Assembly (NCBI GenBank): GCA_002269645.1
Contig: NIVC01000202.1
Span: 62,001-126,000 of the forward strand
Source: Macrostomum lignano
Lineage: Eukaryota
Direction of reading: 5' to 3'
Length of the DNA stretch: 64,000 bases
In this document: positions 35,525 through 48,312 of the stretch, one piece after another
How positions within the stretch are numbered: the stretch's first letter is position 1
Layout: every line of letters begins with the position of its first letter
Position numbers and translations under genes: made by a program
Notes under the pieces: generated by a model
The model's input: the letters and a program-made list of their open reading frames with translations, nothing else
Told to the model about the DNA's origin: nothing
Databases searched by the model: none

Positions 35525-36791
35525 TTTAGCGAGCACTGATAAAAAAAGTTACTAATTGGGTTTACTTGGAACAGCGATTGATAAAGCACGATTTAAGTCT
35601 CGCCCATATATAGCGCATAAACTACAAGGAATATAAATACAATTTGAAATTGATTGACTAATCTTGATTTATAGGAAATGAACCCTTATATTTTCTTTGT
35701 GTGTCTTTCAGGCTAATTTAAAATGCGATATTTTATAAAGTTACTACTTTTGTCCGGCGTTTTACAGGTTGTAGGATGACTTTGTTATAGCATATGAGAT
35801 GCCCGGCGTATCTATACAATAACGTTCACAGCAAAAATAGTCTGGAGAAAGAGAGAGCTGTTGCATCTTTTTTCTCGCTTTTATGTCTGCTACCTGGTTC
35901 TTTTTTATTATGAGCTTCTGTGTGTGTCTAAAAGTGGAGATTTAACCTTTTCCATATATGCCGTGAGCTAAACATTTAACTGAGTTTTTACCTATGAGTT
36001 GTCTTGCATCCACATGTTGGCAAAATGCTTAAATATTATTAGGGTTGTCTTTTTTAAAGTTGACAAATGCTGGAGCGGTGCAGTTCTATAATTCATGTCG
36101 AAACATGCGACCTTCTACTTCAAGTAAATAAGTATGATATATATAGACATACATATATATAGACGTGTACATGTATTTTGTATGTACATGTACAGTATGA
36201 GTGCAATCTAACGAGTAAAGTTAGGATGGCTGATGCAGAATAATGCACAATGGAAACAATCTTCAAGCGGCTCTGTGACTGTTGTTATGATATGACAATT
36301 TACAACTTTACCCCACAAGGTACGGTGAATGAGAAATTATACAAATAATAATCATTATAATTGTTTTCATCCTAAATACATTCATCGGAAAGTACATACT
36401 TCATGATCACAAAAAAATTTAACAAACAGCAAACGGAGATTTCGCTTATTTATCAATCGTACGTACAAGTACGTCTGGAATCTGTGGGTTTAAAAGTGCT
36501 GCTAAATTTAGATCATGCAACAACTTGCGGAAAACATTTGAATGGAAGGACGATATGAGAAGCCACTCCATACAGCAATCGTCTGTTCATAGCTTGACGT
36601 ATCTAAAAGATCCATGCTAGAATACTTTTCCGTGGAGCAAAAGAGCAATGCACAACTGCAAACGAGCGTGAAGCATCTGAAATCCGCATTCACTTTCAAG
36701 GATTAAATATCATTTAGCGGCAGAGTAGATAAAGATAAATTCGATCATTTGGCAGCGACGAGCGTACATGTGATTCATAACGATAGTTTTT

Positions 36792-37009
36792 CTATAGCAC
36801 GCTGCAGCATCTTCTCTGGCTGCCGCAGCCGCTGTCGCTGTCGCTACCATGTCGACGCCGACGTCGAAGGTCCACAGCGCTTGAGCCGTTGCGCATCTGC
36901 ATGGAGCTGTTCGCCAAGCTGACTCCAGTAGCGCCGCTGCGACCAACTAAGGAGTAGTACTTCAGCAGTTTGCGGGCCACCTCTCTCAGCATGTCGGACA
37001 CACCGTCGC
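36792..37009 (-). CDS. Rab-like GTPase exon 4 (terminal, ends RRCCSVL prenylation motif)
   Basis: GDGVSDMLREVARKLL (G5-helix 5 region); phase-1 acceptor; CaaX-like end. Confidence 0.85.
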
Positions 37010-37435
37010 CTTTTGTTAAGGAAATGTAAGAAAAATACTGAAGGAGGATGCATACATTTTTAGTTACCGTTGTATCAGCACGTTTGTATCGCTTGTTTAC
37101 GTAATATTTAGCGATGCTTCATGCCTCCATAAATGAATCCTATTCAACTGTTTTAAAGAAACCTGCACTTGCTTTGTGCCACACAAGCTTCAACCTGCCG
37201 TTCGCACATGTAGATGCAGGGTCAAACTGCGTCATCATTAAGAGAACATAATTTCAAACAACCTGCAGGCGAAAAACTTAAGTGCAACTGATCCACAGTT
37301 TTGAGCATTTAAAAGTAATAGCTGCCGACGCTACTATTACTATTACTATAGCTGCCGATGGCGCAACGTCCTGAAAAAAACGGTAACTCATTCTAGTGGT
37401 CCTTGATTTAATGATTGCTGCATGCACCTACTGAC

Positions 37436-37555
37436 CTGTTTTTGCAGATACAGACGAGATGAGCTTGCAGTTGAATGTTGCTGCAAAGTTTTGCAGTTGC
37501 TCCTGCGTTATAGCCGGATTGAGGTCGTTCTTATTGGCCACGATCACCTTCAGGC
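37436..37555 (-). CDS. Rab-like GTPase exon 3
   Basis: LKVIVANKNDL (G4 NKxD) and SVSAKTG (G5). Confidence 0.9.
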
Positions 37556-37689
37556 CTATTGAATTGGAAGTGTGTGGGTGACTTGAGGAACTGGGACCGC
37601 TATTTTGCTGCTTCAGTTCGTGTCCTAGTCTAGCATTGTAGTTATGTAGGCTACATGCAAGCGTGTAGGCCACAACCCCCTTGTAGCAT

Positions 37690-37990
37690 AATCTAGCCTA
37701 GTGGTCAGAGCGTCAGACTCGTACGACTTGAAGGTCGAGGGTTCGATTCTCGACCGAATCGGAACAACTTGTGTCCTTGAGCAAGACACTTAACTCTGCA
37801 TTGCTTCAGTTCACCCAGCTGTAAGATGGGTGCCAGCATTAGCTGGGGTATTTGAGGCTATGTGGTGACCCCACAGTCCTTAGACTGAACAGCCGTACAT
37901 AGCCTTCAGATGCGCCGCGCAATAGCTGCGGCTGAGCTGTCGGTTGCACATCTGGCCCAATTGGGGCAGGTGTAATAAAAAATAATATTA
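37690..37990 (+). mobile_element. tRNA-derived CORE-SINE family B, copy 1
   Basis: A-box TAGCCTAGTGG, B-box GGTTCGATTC, CORE-like TGTGTCCTTGAGCAAGACACTTAAC, TAA-rich tail. Confidence 0.88.
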
Positions 37991-38004
37991 GCAAATTCAC
38001 TCAC

Positions 38005-38167
38005 AGTCTTTACAATAAAAGTCCACATCCTGATTCCATCGGTGTAGACTGTCTAACGAAGTTTTATCGTCACTACTGCAGGTTAGTAGTACGCAGTGCG
38101 TATTTCTGTAGTAGTTTCTAGTTAGTGTTCGAAATCTTTCCACGCCGGCTGTGTCCCAGAGAGCGAA
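38005..38167 (-). CDS. Rab-like GTPase exon 2
   Basis: FALWDTAGVERFRTLTRNYYRNTH (G3 plus RabF motifs); cag and gtgag boundaries. Confidence 0.93.
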
Positions 38168-39539
38168 CTGTTGATTGATTGACATGGTTGTACTTTAGTA
38201 TTAAGCAGGTGTATGAATCATGTGGCATCCACCAAGAATGACCGTGTTTTAAAAGGCTATCATATGTCAATCCATAAACTATCGTATGTCTTGAGTATCA
38301 CAGAGAGGCAACCAAAAGTCTGAGTAAAGAAATTGGACTCCTATAGCTGAAAAATAAGGGTTAGCCTTTTAGATTGCCAACGAGTCTTTTAAACCATGCA
38401 GCCAGGCAACCCGATGAAGCACTGTGGAACAATGGTTCAAAGCATTCTATAGAGAGAGTAAGGCGATGCTGGCTCCCGACCAGAACGGAATACTTTATCG
38501 ATCTGTTGAAACAGTTGGGAATCAGTACTCAAAGAAAGAAATATGAAGTCATGGTCATGCGGGATTCGTTTGACACAAAAAGCACAGGCTCCCCCTCCCA
38601 GCCTCCACTGAGCCCCATAGCCCAATATGCCGGAAGTGAGAGCAGATGGAGAGGTTCAGGCGACTTGGGGCAACTAAAATACATGGATTAAAAGTGCTCT
38701 TTTCTTTCTATATGGCACGGAGATAGGATGAGTGGCCAGGCTACTATGGCAAGGAAGAATACGCATGCTGAGTCTGCTTCCGACACGACGCGTCCTGGCA
38801 GCCCGAGAGCAGCGCTATATGCTATTCTATAGAACTAAAGGCATCAACCAAAACCAGCTGGTCTGTTTTTAATAAACAATTTAGAAGGCCCAGCGTCTAC
38901 AATTTCCTACGAGATTTAAAAGCGCCATGCAGGGTAAAAATGGCTGATGAAGAATTGGTGAATTGTATATTAAGGGGAGACAGCATCAGTTTTCGTTGAT
39001 TGGTCCACTGAACCTGAACGGGAAGTTTTAGAAGTTTTTTTTCAGTAGCATTGGTAGTGAGAAAAGGTTGGTTAAAATATGGCATCACAATGAGAAGCCG
39101 TACGTTTGACTATAGTGGCTTGTGGGTGTAGGAAATTTCCCGGAACTGAACTGACTGCTTAGTTCACACTGGCTCTCGCCCGTCTCTACCTCTGCCCGCC
39201 CTGTCTTCCTCCACGTTAAAAAGGTTTCCAGGCGTGCCTACCAGCCTGGTTACAAGCTCTCGATACGCTCACAGATGCGAGGCTGCTGAGCAAACTAGCA
39301 GACAAGAAGACTTATAGCATGATTGTTTCCTTCAAAGCTATTGACAAAATTTGATTCTATTCTCGGTGGCAACAAGAAAGAAGCGAATGAAATGCAAGTC
39401 TCTTCTGCAAGACACCATTCAAGGTGAGTCCTGTACACCCGCACCACTGCACACCGGCTGATATAAAAGCACTATTTTTTAATATTCTGTTCTGCTAAAA
39501 CTGCTGAATGACAACTATGCATGAAAATTAAAAACTGAC

Positions 39540-39722
39540 CTTAACACGAGCTTCATCAACTTCGACTGACGTGCTGCAGCTGTCGATGCCTACGGTGACA
39601 TCGGCGCTGAAGATGTCCTCCTTGATGCGCATAAACAGCGAAGTCTTGCCAACGCCACTCTCGCCAATGAGAACCAGCTTAAACATTGGCGTCCGCAGCA
39701 TTGAGTACCTGTGATCTTGCAT
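39540..39722 (-). CDS. Rab-like GTPase exon 1 (start at 39722 or 39701); full model ~227 aa
   Basis: FKLVLIGESGVGKTSL P-loop and TVGID switch I; GTCAGT donor. Confidence 0.88.
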
Positions 39723-40306
39723 GACCTCCCCGGTGATCCAAAACTCTGCAGTGGGGGTCAATTTAGGACGCTGACAACCGGAAATTAGTTGGCTTAGGCC
39801 AGGCTGCTAAGTAATTAATTTCTTGGGTATAGCGCAAGTTATTCCAACTCGGAGCTTTTTTGCAAAATCAAGAAATGCAGAAATTTACTCTGTATAAGAA
39901 CCTTTCACTCTGTGCACATTCCAGCACCCACCCCAGGGCAGCAAGATAAGAAAGTGCAGCCAAAATCTGTTTATGGTAGTACAAACCTGAGATCAAACTG
40001 CAGGGACCAAAACGATGTACAAAGTGGGCAATGTTTGTTCTTGTGAACGTCAGCAACTGAAATAGCTGTTCAAAGAAATGACGACATGCTTGGGTAGTAA
40101 TTTTAGATTGCAAATAAAATAACTTTTACAGCATATCACGAGTATAAATTTCCCTGCAATCACACGAAGGATTGTTAATTTCTATTTACAGGAAATGACC
40201 ATCTGAATTTACACTTTTGTTCAAATTAGTAATGACAAAAAATGATTCGTTTGTATACATCAGATTTTTGGTACAGATAGAACTTTGGACCGTATATACC
40301 ATTAAA

Positions 40307-40607
40307 GGGTTGTAGCCTAGTGGTTAGCGAGTCGGACTCACGTCTGAAAGGTCGGGGGTTCGATTCTTGACCCACTTGAAACAATTTGTGTCCTTGAGCA
40401 AAACACTTAACTCTGCATTGCTTCAGTTCACCCAGCTGTAAATGGGTGCCAGAATTAGCTGGGGTAATTGAGGCTGTGTGTGGCGACCCCCCAGTCCTTG
40501 GACTGAACAGCCGTACGCAGCCTTCAGATGCGCCGCGCAATAGCTGCGGTTGAGCTGTCGGTTGCACATCTGGCCCAATCGGGGCAGTTGTAATCAATTA
40601 TTATTAC
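40307..40607 (+). mobile_element. CORE-SINE family B, copy 2
   Basis: Full length with A and B boxes, CORE and a (TTA)n-like tail. Confidence 0.9.
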
Positions 40608-40767
40608 TATTATACCTTACCTATAAGCACGTATACGTATAAGAACTGAACACTTTAAAGAATATCTAGCAAGATTATTTATAGATAAACTTTTCTTCTA
40701 TAAGGGTTCCGACTTGAATTCCGAAGATTAACTAAAATCACCATTACCTGCACGCCACCCCCTCCTG

Positions 40768-41095
40768 ATGCTAAGAGCCCAGCTCAGCGGCAAAAGTCTG
40801 AGCGCCAGCACTAGCGGAGCAGGAGGCCACGGGGCTTCTGCGCTTGTCAGCGACATAAATCGCGATGCTGACCGACAGAGCGCGCGCTTCTTCGGCATTC
40901 ACAAGGTGGCGCAGTCCAAACAGCGGGGCCGCAGGCCCCAGCTGAGCGAGTGCTACGTCCTGCTGCCTGGAGAGGGTGTCGTCAACATTCCGTTTGATGA
41001 GGCTGGAGATTCTGAGGCGACTCTGGCTAGTGTTGGACAGCAACTGGAGCTGCAGACTGGATTCGCCATGTCTGCCTGTTGCTTGGTGCCCAGCA
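40768..41095 (+). CDS. Ubl-ankyrin (ANKUB1-like) gene exon 1
   Basis: CYVLLPGEGVVNIPFD...TLASVGQQLELQTGFAMSACCLVP resembles the ANKUB1 ubiquitin-like domain (LRTLVTLRCGLPVSVYCL, recalled). GTAAG donor, phase 1. Confidence 0.65.
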
Positions 41096-41357
41096 GTAAG
41101 AATTTCGTCTGAGGCATTGTAGCCTTTTATTTACTAGATCTTTTGATAAAGAACTCGATTGGAGCAATAGACAGCTAGCGGCTTCGAAGTCGTCACCTAC
41201 CGGAAGTCACTGAAGTCAGTTAGCGCTCAGTCCTGTGTCATAAGAGGTCCCGGGATCAATTCCAGGTTTGATAAAAAATGTAGGTCTCATAGGACTTTTG
41301 AACTCTTATAAGTACGTTTATTAAAGCGCCATCTTCTTCCAAATTGTCGTCTATTAG

Positions 41358-41642
41358 GTGAAGTTGCAAATCGACGTGAAAACGCCGGTAGCCGGATCTT
41401 TCATGGTGCAACGCTGAGCCTGAGCCTGCAGCCGGCCTACCAGCAGCTGCTGACAGACGTGCAGGCGGGCAACTGCTCCGGGGTGCGAGCCTGGCTGCTA
41501 GCGGCTGCCAGAGCGGCTCCAGGCGGCGGTGTTGAAGCGGCCGACGGTCGACTTCGGCTACGACCGGTGGCGCACGCAGGGCTCCTGCTGGCCTGCTGCC
41601 TTGGAAACCTGAATTTGGTGCGCCTGTTTCTCCAAAGCATGC
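41358..41642 (+). CDS. Ubl-ankyrin gene exon 2
   Basis: IFHGATLSLSLQPAYQQLLTDVQAGNCSGVRAWL...LLLACCLGNLNLVRLFLQ (end of Ubl plus ankyrin helix pair); phase-consistent. Confidence 0.7.
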
Positions 41643-42531
41643 GTGAGTGCTGGCTGGGACCGATGGAGAAAGTAACACTCGTCGAAATTCTCATCCAAGT
41701 CTTCACTTAGTAACAGAAAATCCTCGTGTAACAACAACAGAATGCACAGGCCACGAGTGGCCACAAAGGGGGCGAAGGTATCAGAACAAACGCATTTAGG
41801 CCGCACTTCTCAAGAAGTGAGCTCCCTCAGTCAGAGTCAGAACTGGGTCTCTCGCATCCCTCAGAAGCAGCTGGCTCCGTCCATCCAGCTTCTCCAGGTC
41901 ATCCGTCGGGGTCCATATAATAATGAGGATATGTATGTATAATAGCTATGAATAATTATTCATATTCAGCCAGCAACTTTCAAGAAAGACTTGAAAAATA
42001 CGCCAAAACCCTAGCAAAAGTGGGCACTAGAAGTACTAAGAGTAACCTAAAATCAGCTGGCTAGGCTATTTTGCTAAAAGTTGCCCCTTTAACTCTGCTG
42101 TCAACATATTTTCTATAATTGCAAGTGCACTTAATTGCTAGTTCTAGACAGACAATCTACAGTCCGTCACTACTTGGGTTTAGAGATAAGCCTTGAGCAT
42201 GCTCAGGCGAGAGCCCAAATCTTTAATTTCATTCGGAAGAACCCAGCGCGCGTTGCAGTTCGCTGAAGCAACGAATTAGAAGAAAGTGGCGCTTAAAATG
42301 ACGCTTTTGGTTCCTAAAGTGGGCATTTTTGTTTAAACTGCTGATAGCAGGATCCTTTCTACCAGAATCAAGGTGCGCATTCGAACAAACCGAATAAACC
42401 GTTCTTGAGAATTACCTTGAAACTGAATATAGATACTTTCATTATTCGATAGCAATGCGGAAAGCTAAGTGAAATTTCTGTAAAAGTTTCAGGAATACGA
42501 GTATTTGCATTTTTTCCAAGATATAAAAAAT

Positions 42532-42802
42532 AATGATAATACTAATAATAATAATTGATTACACCTGCCCTAATGGGAAGCTGTGGAACCGACAGCTCAG
42601 CCGCAGCTATTGCGCGGCGCATCTGAAGGCTGCGTACGGCTGTTCTGTCCAAGGACTGGTGGGTCGCCACACACAGCCTCAATTACCCCAGCTAATGCTG
42701 GCACCCATTTTACAGCTGGGTGAACTGAAGCAATGCAGAGTTAAGTGTCTTGCTGAAGGACACAAATTGTTCCGATTGGGTCGAGAATCGAACCCCCGAC
42801 CT
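42532..42802 (-). mobile_element. CORE-SINE family B, copy 3 (5'-truncated)
   Basis: B-box and body present; A-box missing. Confidence 0.87.
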
Positions 42803-42995
42803 ATTTTACCAAAATAGAAAGATAATAGTTGCGTACGAGTATTGTGGGAAAGTAAGTCTCAATACATGATTGCTAATGTTAAATTTAAATCAGCAATCAG
42901 ATTAAAAGCGGTGGGTTTCAACACCAACTACTTAGAAAGTAGTAAAATCTATTAGCTATGTATGAAGTGTATAAAGAGTTCGCTTCAGCACACTA

Positions 42996-43327
<332 letters not shown>

Positions 43328-43808
43328 GCGCCTCCAATCTCGGGCACTGACACGGTAGAAAGTCAGAAAGGACTGAAAAAAGTCAATTTAAATTGAGTAG
43401 CCGATATTTCGAAATCAAATTTCTTCGTCAGGGCTGCAAGCGAGTGAAGTTTATTTGGCGCGAATTGCCGTCAATATATAAAGGCGATATCGCCAGGGAG
43501 AGACGATCGATAAATTGATGTGCTCAAGCACTTAAAACAGTACGCATGGTCAGTACATTAAAACGAGTCCGAGACTATGAGAAAAGCGGGGGGTGGCTAA
43601 AACTGTACAATTGGGCCTAGACGACCTTTAAGTGTAGAATAAAAATTGCAAAAATAAATGACGAAATAAATAGGTAAGGTAAATAAAAATAATTATTAAA
43701 TGCTCAGAGCAAAAATGCAGGTGCACCGTACACAGTGTCAGAAAAATGAATAAAAAGCAGAAAATAAATAATCTGAATAAATCGAAATAAAGTCAATGAA
43801 AAATCACA

Positions 43809-43843
<35 letters not shown>

Positions 43844-43860
43844 GGAGAGAGAGAGAGAGA

Positions 43861-43933
<73 letters not shown>
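43809..43933. repeat. (GA)n microsatellite
   Basis: Directly visible. Confidence 0.98.
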
Positions 43934-43937
<4 letters not shown>

Positions 43938-43943
43938 AAGTCT

Positions 43944-44718
43944 TGTGTCTAAACGCACGAGCTCCCACTTCCAGACCTAGGCCTGGGAACAAATTTAGTG
44001 ATCACTTTACTGTTGTGGGCTCCTCTTCTTAGTTGCGCGGGTTCGTAGAGCTCCTGGTCTTCCTGTTATCCTCCCTCCGGAGTAGTCTTCTTGATATCTA
44101 AAATCGGCCGAACGTAAGAGCGTAACGATTCAATTCGTCGACGTCGGAATATTCCTTGAGTTCAAAATCAATACTTTATCGAATGCAGGAATCAGAGATG
44201 CGCCCTAGTAACAGAATCAACTACATAACAATGACGAGGTCCTCCAGAAAGGGCGTCTTCTTCTAGAACTAACGGAATCGGAGTCGTATGCCCCTATTGG
44301 TTACTCTAGGGTAACAAAATCAATCAATCGGTAATCCTCTAAGGGTATTTATTGGAATCGATCCACAGATCCTATCCAATCCCTTAGGAAAAGGGAGGCC
44401 TCAAATTCAGTAAAATCAGTAAATTCAACTGATCAGTAACAGCCGGCAATAACACCGCTCTCAATAATCAAAATTACGAAGACTCGAACAAAGGCTTACC
44501 GAACGGTATCTACTTCTCCCAGAGATGTAGCCTCGTAGTTCTTGGGTGTTCTCAAGTCCTCTTGAGGCTGCTCCGAGTCTGAGATTTTTGCTCGGATTTT
44601 GGCTTGTATTTATAGGCAAATTATTGCCTATATTTTAGAATTTTAGCAAATCCAATAGGTTTCGGGCATCATTTACCATATTCGGGAGTTCTAAAATTAA
44701 ATGTTGCGAACCGGCACA
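43944..44718 (-). mobile_element. Possible solo-LTR-like insertion with an antisense promoter
   Basis: TGTG...CACA termini; TATAAATA (44614-44607) and a GTAAG donor (~44499) on the - strand. No TSD or second copy seen. Confidence 0.25.
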
Positions 44719-44911
44719 ATAAAAGTGTCATTCGCTGTTTCGTGATACTACTGAGAATAGATTTTGTTCGCATAACCAACCAACAAACTGACAAAACTTT
44801 TGGTTTTTACGTATTTTTATCTTACTACTTCTAGAAGTCTGTTTGTACTGTATTTCGTAGATCTCTACAAGTACAATAAATAACTCCCCAAGATCTGCCA
44901 CCCCATTCCAG

Positions 44912-45190
44912 CCGAGCTGGCCAACACGGTCACGAGTCGGTCAGGCCGCACCTGCTTGCACCTGGCTTGCTATCACGAGCTAGCCGCCATCTGCCGACTG
45001 CTGCTCAGTCGGATGTGCCGTCAGGCTGCCGGCTACGCCGACTGCAACGGCCTGCGAGCGGCCGACTACGCCAGTCAGGGGTCCCCGGCTCGAATCCTGG
45101 CGCTGAAGGCGTCGGCAGCTCCATCGACATCTAGGCAGCAGGGTCGATTGGAGGGAAGATTTTCCAGCACAGATGAAGATTGTTGTCATG
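44912..45190 (+). CDS. Ubl-ankyrin gene exon 3 (ankyrin repeats); may instead read through to the stop at 45354
   Basis: SGRTCLHLACYHELAAICRLLL...DCNGLRAADYA ankyrin consensus; ccag acceptor in phase 1. Confidence 0.75.
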
Positions 45191-45824
45191 GTAAAGGTTG
45201 CCAATCAACGACGCATCGTCTACGGCTGTTCGACTTCCCGATGCCGGACCATCGGTCTGGAGGCTGCAGTGGCTGTTGCCAGCATCGGCAGCAGCTTTAT
45301 CAGCCCAACCTTCCGGTGCTGGGGTCGAGGACTCGGACTGATGCCGGACCCTGATTGGGGCCCTGGGAGAGATTTGTTTTTGAGTTTAAACTCACGCTCC
45401 ATGTACGCTCGTATACTTCTAATAGCGTATTTATATCTGAAAGTAAGAAAAATGAAGTAAAATTTCGATATTGCGCTCTTGTGAATCGTAAAATTATTTG
45501 CCGTATTTACCATAGCTACTATAGACAGACGTTTGAAGTTCAACGATTCTTACCTATAGATAGTGTATTTATGCATTTAAACAACACGCTCGGTGAAGGA
45601 AGTTCAGTGGGATTTCTACTCACTTTCTTATTTATATTTCGGGGCAAACCAAAGTTGATAATTGCTAGGCCGTAAAAACTCATATATAAACTGGAGCAGA
45701 CCACTATTGGCATACAGATAGCTCCTATGGTCGATAAATAGTGCTCGGGATGTCCGCCGTCGTAGTGCCGGTCTCCTTCATTTCTCTCGACTCCAGAGGA
45801 GGACGCCTCGTTCACCAACCTAGT

Positions 45825-46071
45825 CAACCAACCAACCAACCAACCAACCAACCAACCAACCAACCAACCAACCAACCAACCAACCAACCAACCAACCAAC
45901 CAACCAACCAACCAACCAACCAACCAACCAACCAACCAACCAACCAACCAACCAACCAACCAACCAACCAACCAACCAACCAACCAACCAACCAACCAAC
46001 CAACCAACCAACCAACCAACCAACCAACCAACCAACCAACCAACCAACCAACCAACCAACCTACCAACCAA
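45825..46071. repeat. (AACC)n microsatellite
   Basis: Directly visible. Confidence 0.98.
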
Positions 46072-46457
46072 CTAACGGATTCCGTCACCACACTGGTTTA
46101 ATTTACGTAAAAATTCCTTTATTATAATTTTTGGTAATCTTTTGGTAATATACCTTTTTGCTTCCTAATTGGTTTTTACTGCGTCCAATTCGGTGCGCTG
46201 CAAACAGCCCAGCAGAGTCATTCACCACAGAATATATAATACAAATACCAAATAGGACGCTACAAGGTCGTATTAACCTGCAGCTGGAACCATTTCAATC
46301 AGATATTGTTTTAGCTCGTATTGTTGGCCATAGACTGCCGATTCCCAAACTTCGCGAATGTTTGCTATTTAAACCTTGTTTGCAATGAAATACTCGTAAT
46401 CCAACGACCAAAATACGTTCTAAGCTAAGCCACTTTATTGTAGTTGTCTGATTCTGC

Positions 46458-46821
46458 ATGGCAGCGGAGAAACTCACTGATCCAGAGGCCAGCAAGTGTC
46501 TGAGACGCCAGATGTTTAAAAGTCTGACTAAAATTGAACGCTATTTAAAGCGTCACGATCCGCAGGGTTTGCAACGAATCAGCGAGTGGTACAAAACAGT
46601 GAGTACAACAGATGAGGATACGACAGACACAGTTCCTTCCGCAGCTGAGCACGATGACGAGCAAAGGCTACGTCGGCAGAGGCGAAAACTACGACGCCAG
46701 AAAAGAAAGCAAAAATTCAAGCAGTTGCATTGCTACGAGTACAGCATCAATCATAACGGCAGTGATCATAACGGATGGGTGAGACGCGTCGAGCAGAACG
46801 AGATCCACGAGTCCAAGCTAG
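46458..46821 (+). CDS. Exon of an uncharacterised gene (own ATG at 46458, or spliced in at 46465 from the ankyrin exon)
   Basis: Long non-repetitive ORF with a basic RRQRRKLRRQKRK patch. GTGAG donor in phase 1 continues into 47164. Confidence 0.7.
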
Positions 46822-47163
46822 GTGAGCAAAGGTCGTTTTGCTGCTCATGATTTTAGTAATCTAATTTTTAGTATATGGATATGTGCTCGATGTGCAAAGG
46901 CAGTCAAACGTCCTCAACTGTCAAATTGCTGGCAGTCAAACGTCCTCAACTGTCAAATTGCTGGCAGTTCAATTAAAAAACTTACATCTGTGCTTGCATT
47001 GTACAACTTTTAAGATCCTGTTTTGAAGCACTCATCAGGATTGAAAAAAGCTTAAACTATATTAAACATTTTACTTTCAGTTTCAGTAAAGTATTCTAGC
47101 TTGTATGCACGGAGTACGTTGTTTAAATTATTCCTTTATTAATTTTTTACAACGACACCGCAG

Positions 47164-47507
47164 CGTATCTGCGGATTCCCAGAGGCATCGCTAGCCGCAG
47201 TCTGCTAGTTCCGCCCCAGCCAGATTGGCTGTTCTCCGACCTGCTGCCAGATGTACTGCCCGAGGATGAATCCTTCCAGCTGAACAGCAACGTCAGCAAC
47301 GCCGAGGAATCGTCGCGTCGATCAGCCGAGCGAGAGCTGACCCGGATGCGGCTCGACCGCTGGGTGTTTCTTTATTTTCTGATGCTGCGCGCTAACTGGG
47401 AGAGCACCGTGGTTGAGGAGAAGAAGTCGGCTCCGGATGTAAACATGTACGCTGAGGAGCACCTGCACAAGTGGACTGTGCGGCTGAGGTTCAAGATCAT
47501 GCGACAG
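47164..47507 (+). CDS. Next exon of the same gene
   Basis: Open, phase 1 in and phase 0 out; ends ...KWTVRLRFKIMRQ. Confidence 0.75.
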
Positions 47508-47613
47508 GTGGGGCATTCCTTCTTAGGAACTGCTTCTAGCCTGTTCTAGGCGGGTATATAATGCATGCAGCAATATTTTTATAAAACGGCAAAACGTTTT
47601 AACAACGCTGCAG

Positions 47614-47783
47614 GTGGCCATGAAGGTAGCTTTGTGCGGCTTCCTGTCTCGCCTTGGGCTGGAGAGCAATACAAAAATTGTATTCTGTCGAGACGGCTTC
47701 TACGGTCTAATGGACGTGGGCAATATCTACGGCGAGACGACCAAAACGCCATACGCCATGATAAGCTTGAATTCAACGCCCAG
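47614..47783 (+). CDS. Exon encoding most of a SUMO-like domain
   Basis: VAMKVALCGFLSRLGLESNTKIVFCRDG...ISLNSTP; cag and gtaag boundaries. Confidence 0.75.
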
Positions 47784-47793
47784 GTAAGTTACC

Positions 47794-47990
<197 letters not shown>

Positions 47991-48050
47991 TAATACTACA
48001 ATAATTACAACTACAATTTTAATTCTGTATTCTTCTCCAACACTCAAAAG

Positions 48051-48312
48051 GTACTTGGGTCTGAAGAACGGCGATTGCATATTTGTCAATTCGTGCAGCG
48101 TCACGCAGCGTCAGATGATGGAGCAGGCGTCAACGAGGCCGGATGCGCCAAAGAGGCGCCACAAGGCGAGCCGAGGATCCGTTGCATTCGCCGACGAGCT
48201 CGAACATGGAAGCGACTACGACGATGAGAATGCTGGGGAGGAGGGTGAGCCAGGATTTGGAATTCACTTAGAACATGGCGATAGCCAATTACTGAACGGG
48301 TTAGAGTTTTAA
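48051..48312 (+). CDS. Terminal exon (end of SUMO-like domain plus acidic tail)
   Basis: RYLGLKNGDCIFV completes TPxxLGxxxxDxIxV; phase 2 consistent; TAA stop. Confidence 0.7.

Noticed and set aside
40307-40380. tRNA genes at the SINE heads
   Set aside because: A and B boxes are present, but I see no complete cloverleaf, and they continue into shared SINE bodies.
44197-44257. Hammerhead-ribozyme-like arrangement (GCGCCCTA...ATGACGA-GG..CC-AGAAAGGGCGT)
   Set aside because: The core reads ATGACGA rather than CTGANGA, there is an extra base before GAAA, and no stem I forms. Other CTGATGA sites checked also lacked the GAAA core.
46899-46968. 32-bp direct duplication in an intron
   Set aside because: Two copies only; an ordinary local slippage event.
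47614-47783. Resemblance of KIVFCRDGFYGLMDVG to the phosphofructokinase motif (VFFVHEGYQGLVDGG)
   Set aside because: No GGD or other PFK motifs occur around it; the SUMO-like pattern explains both flanks better.
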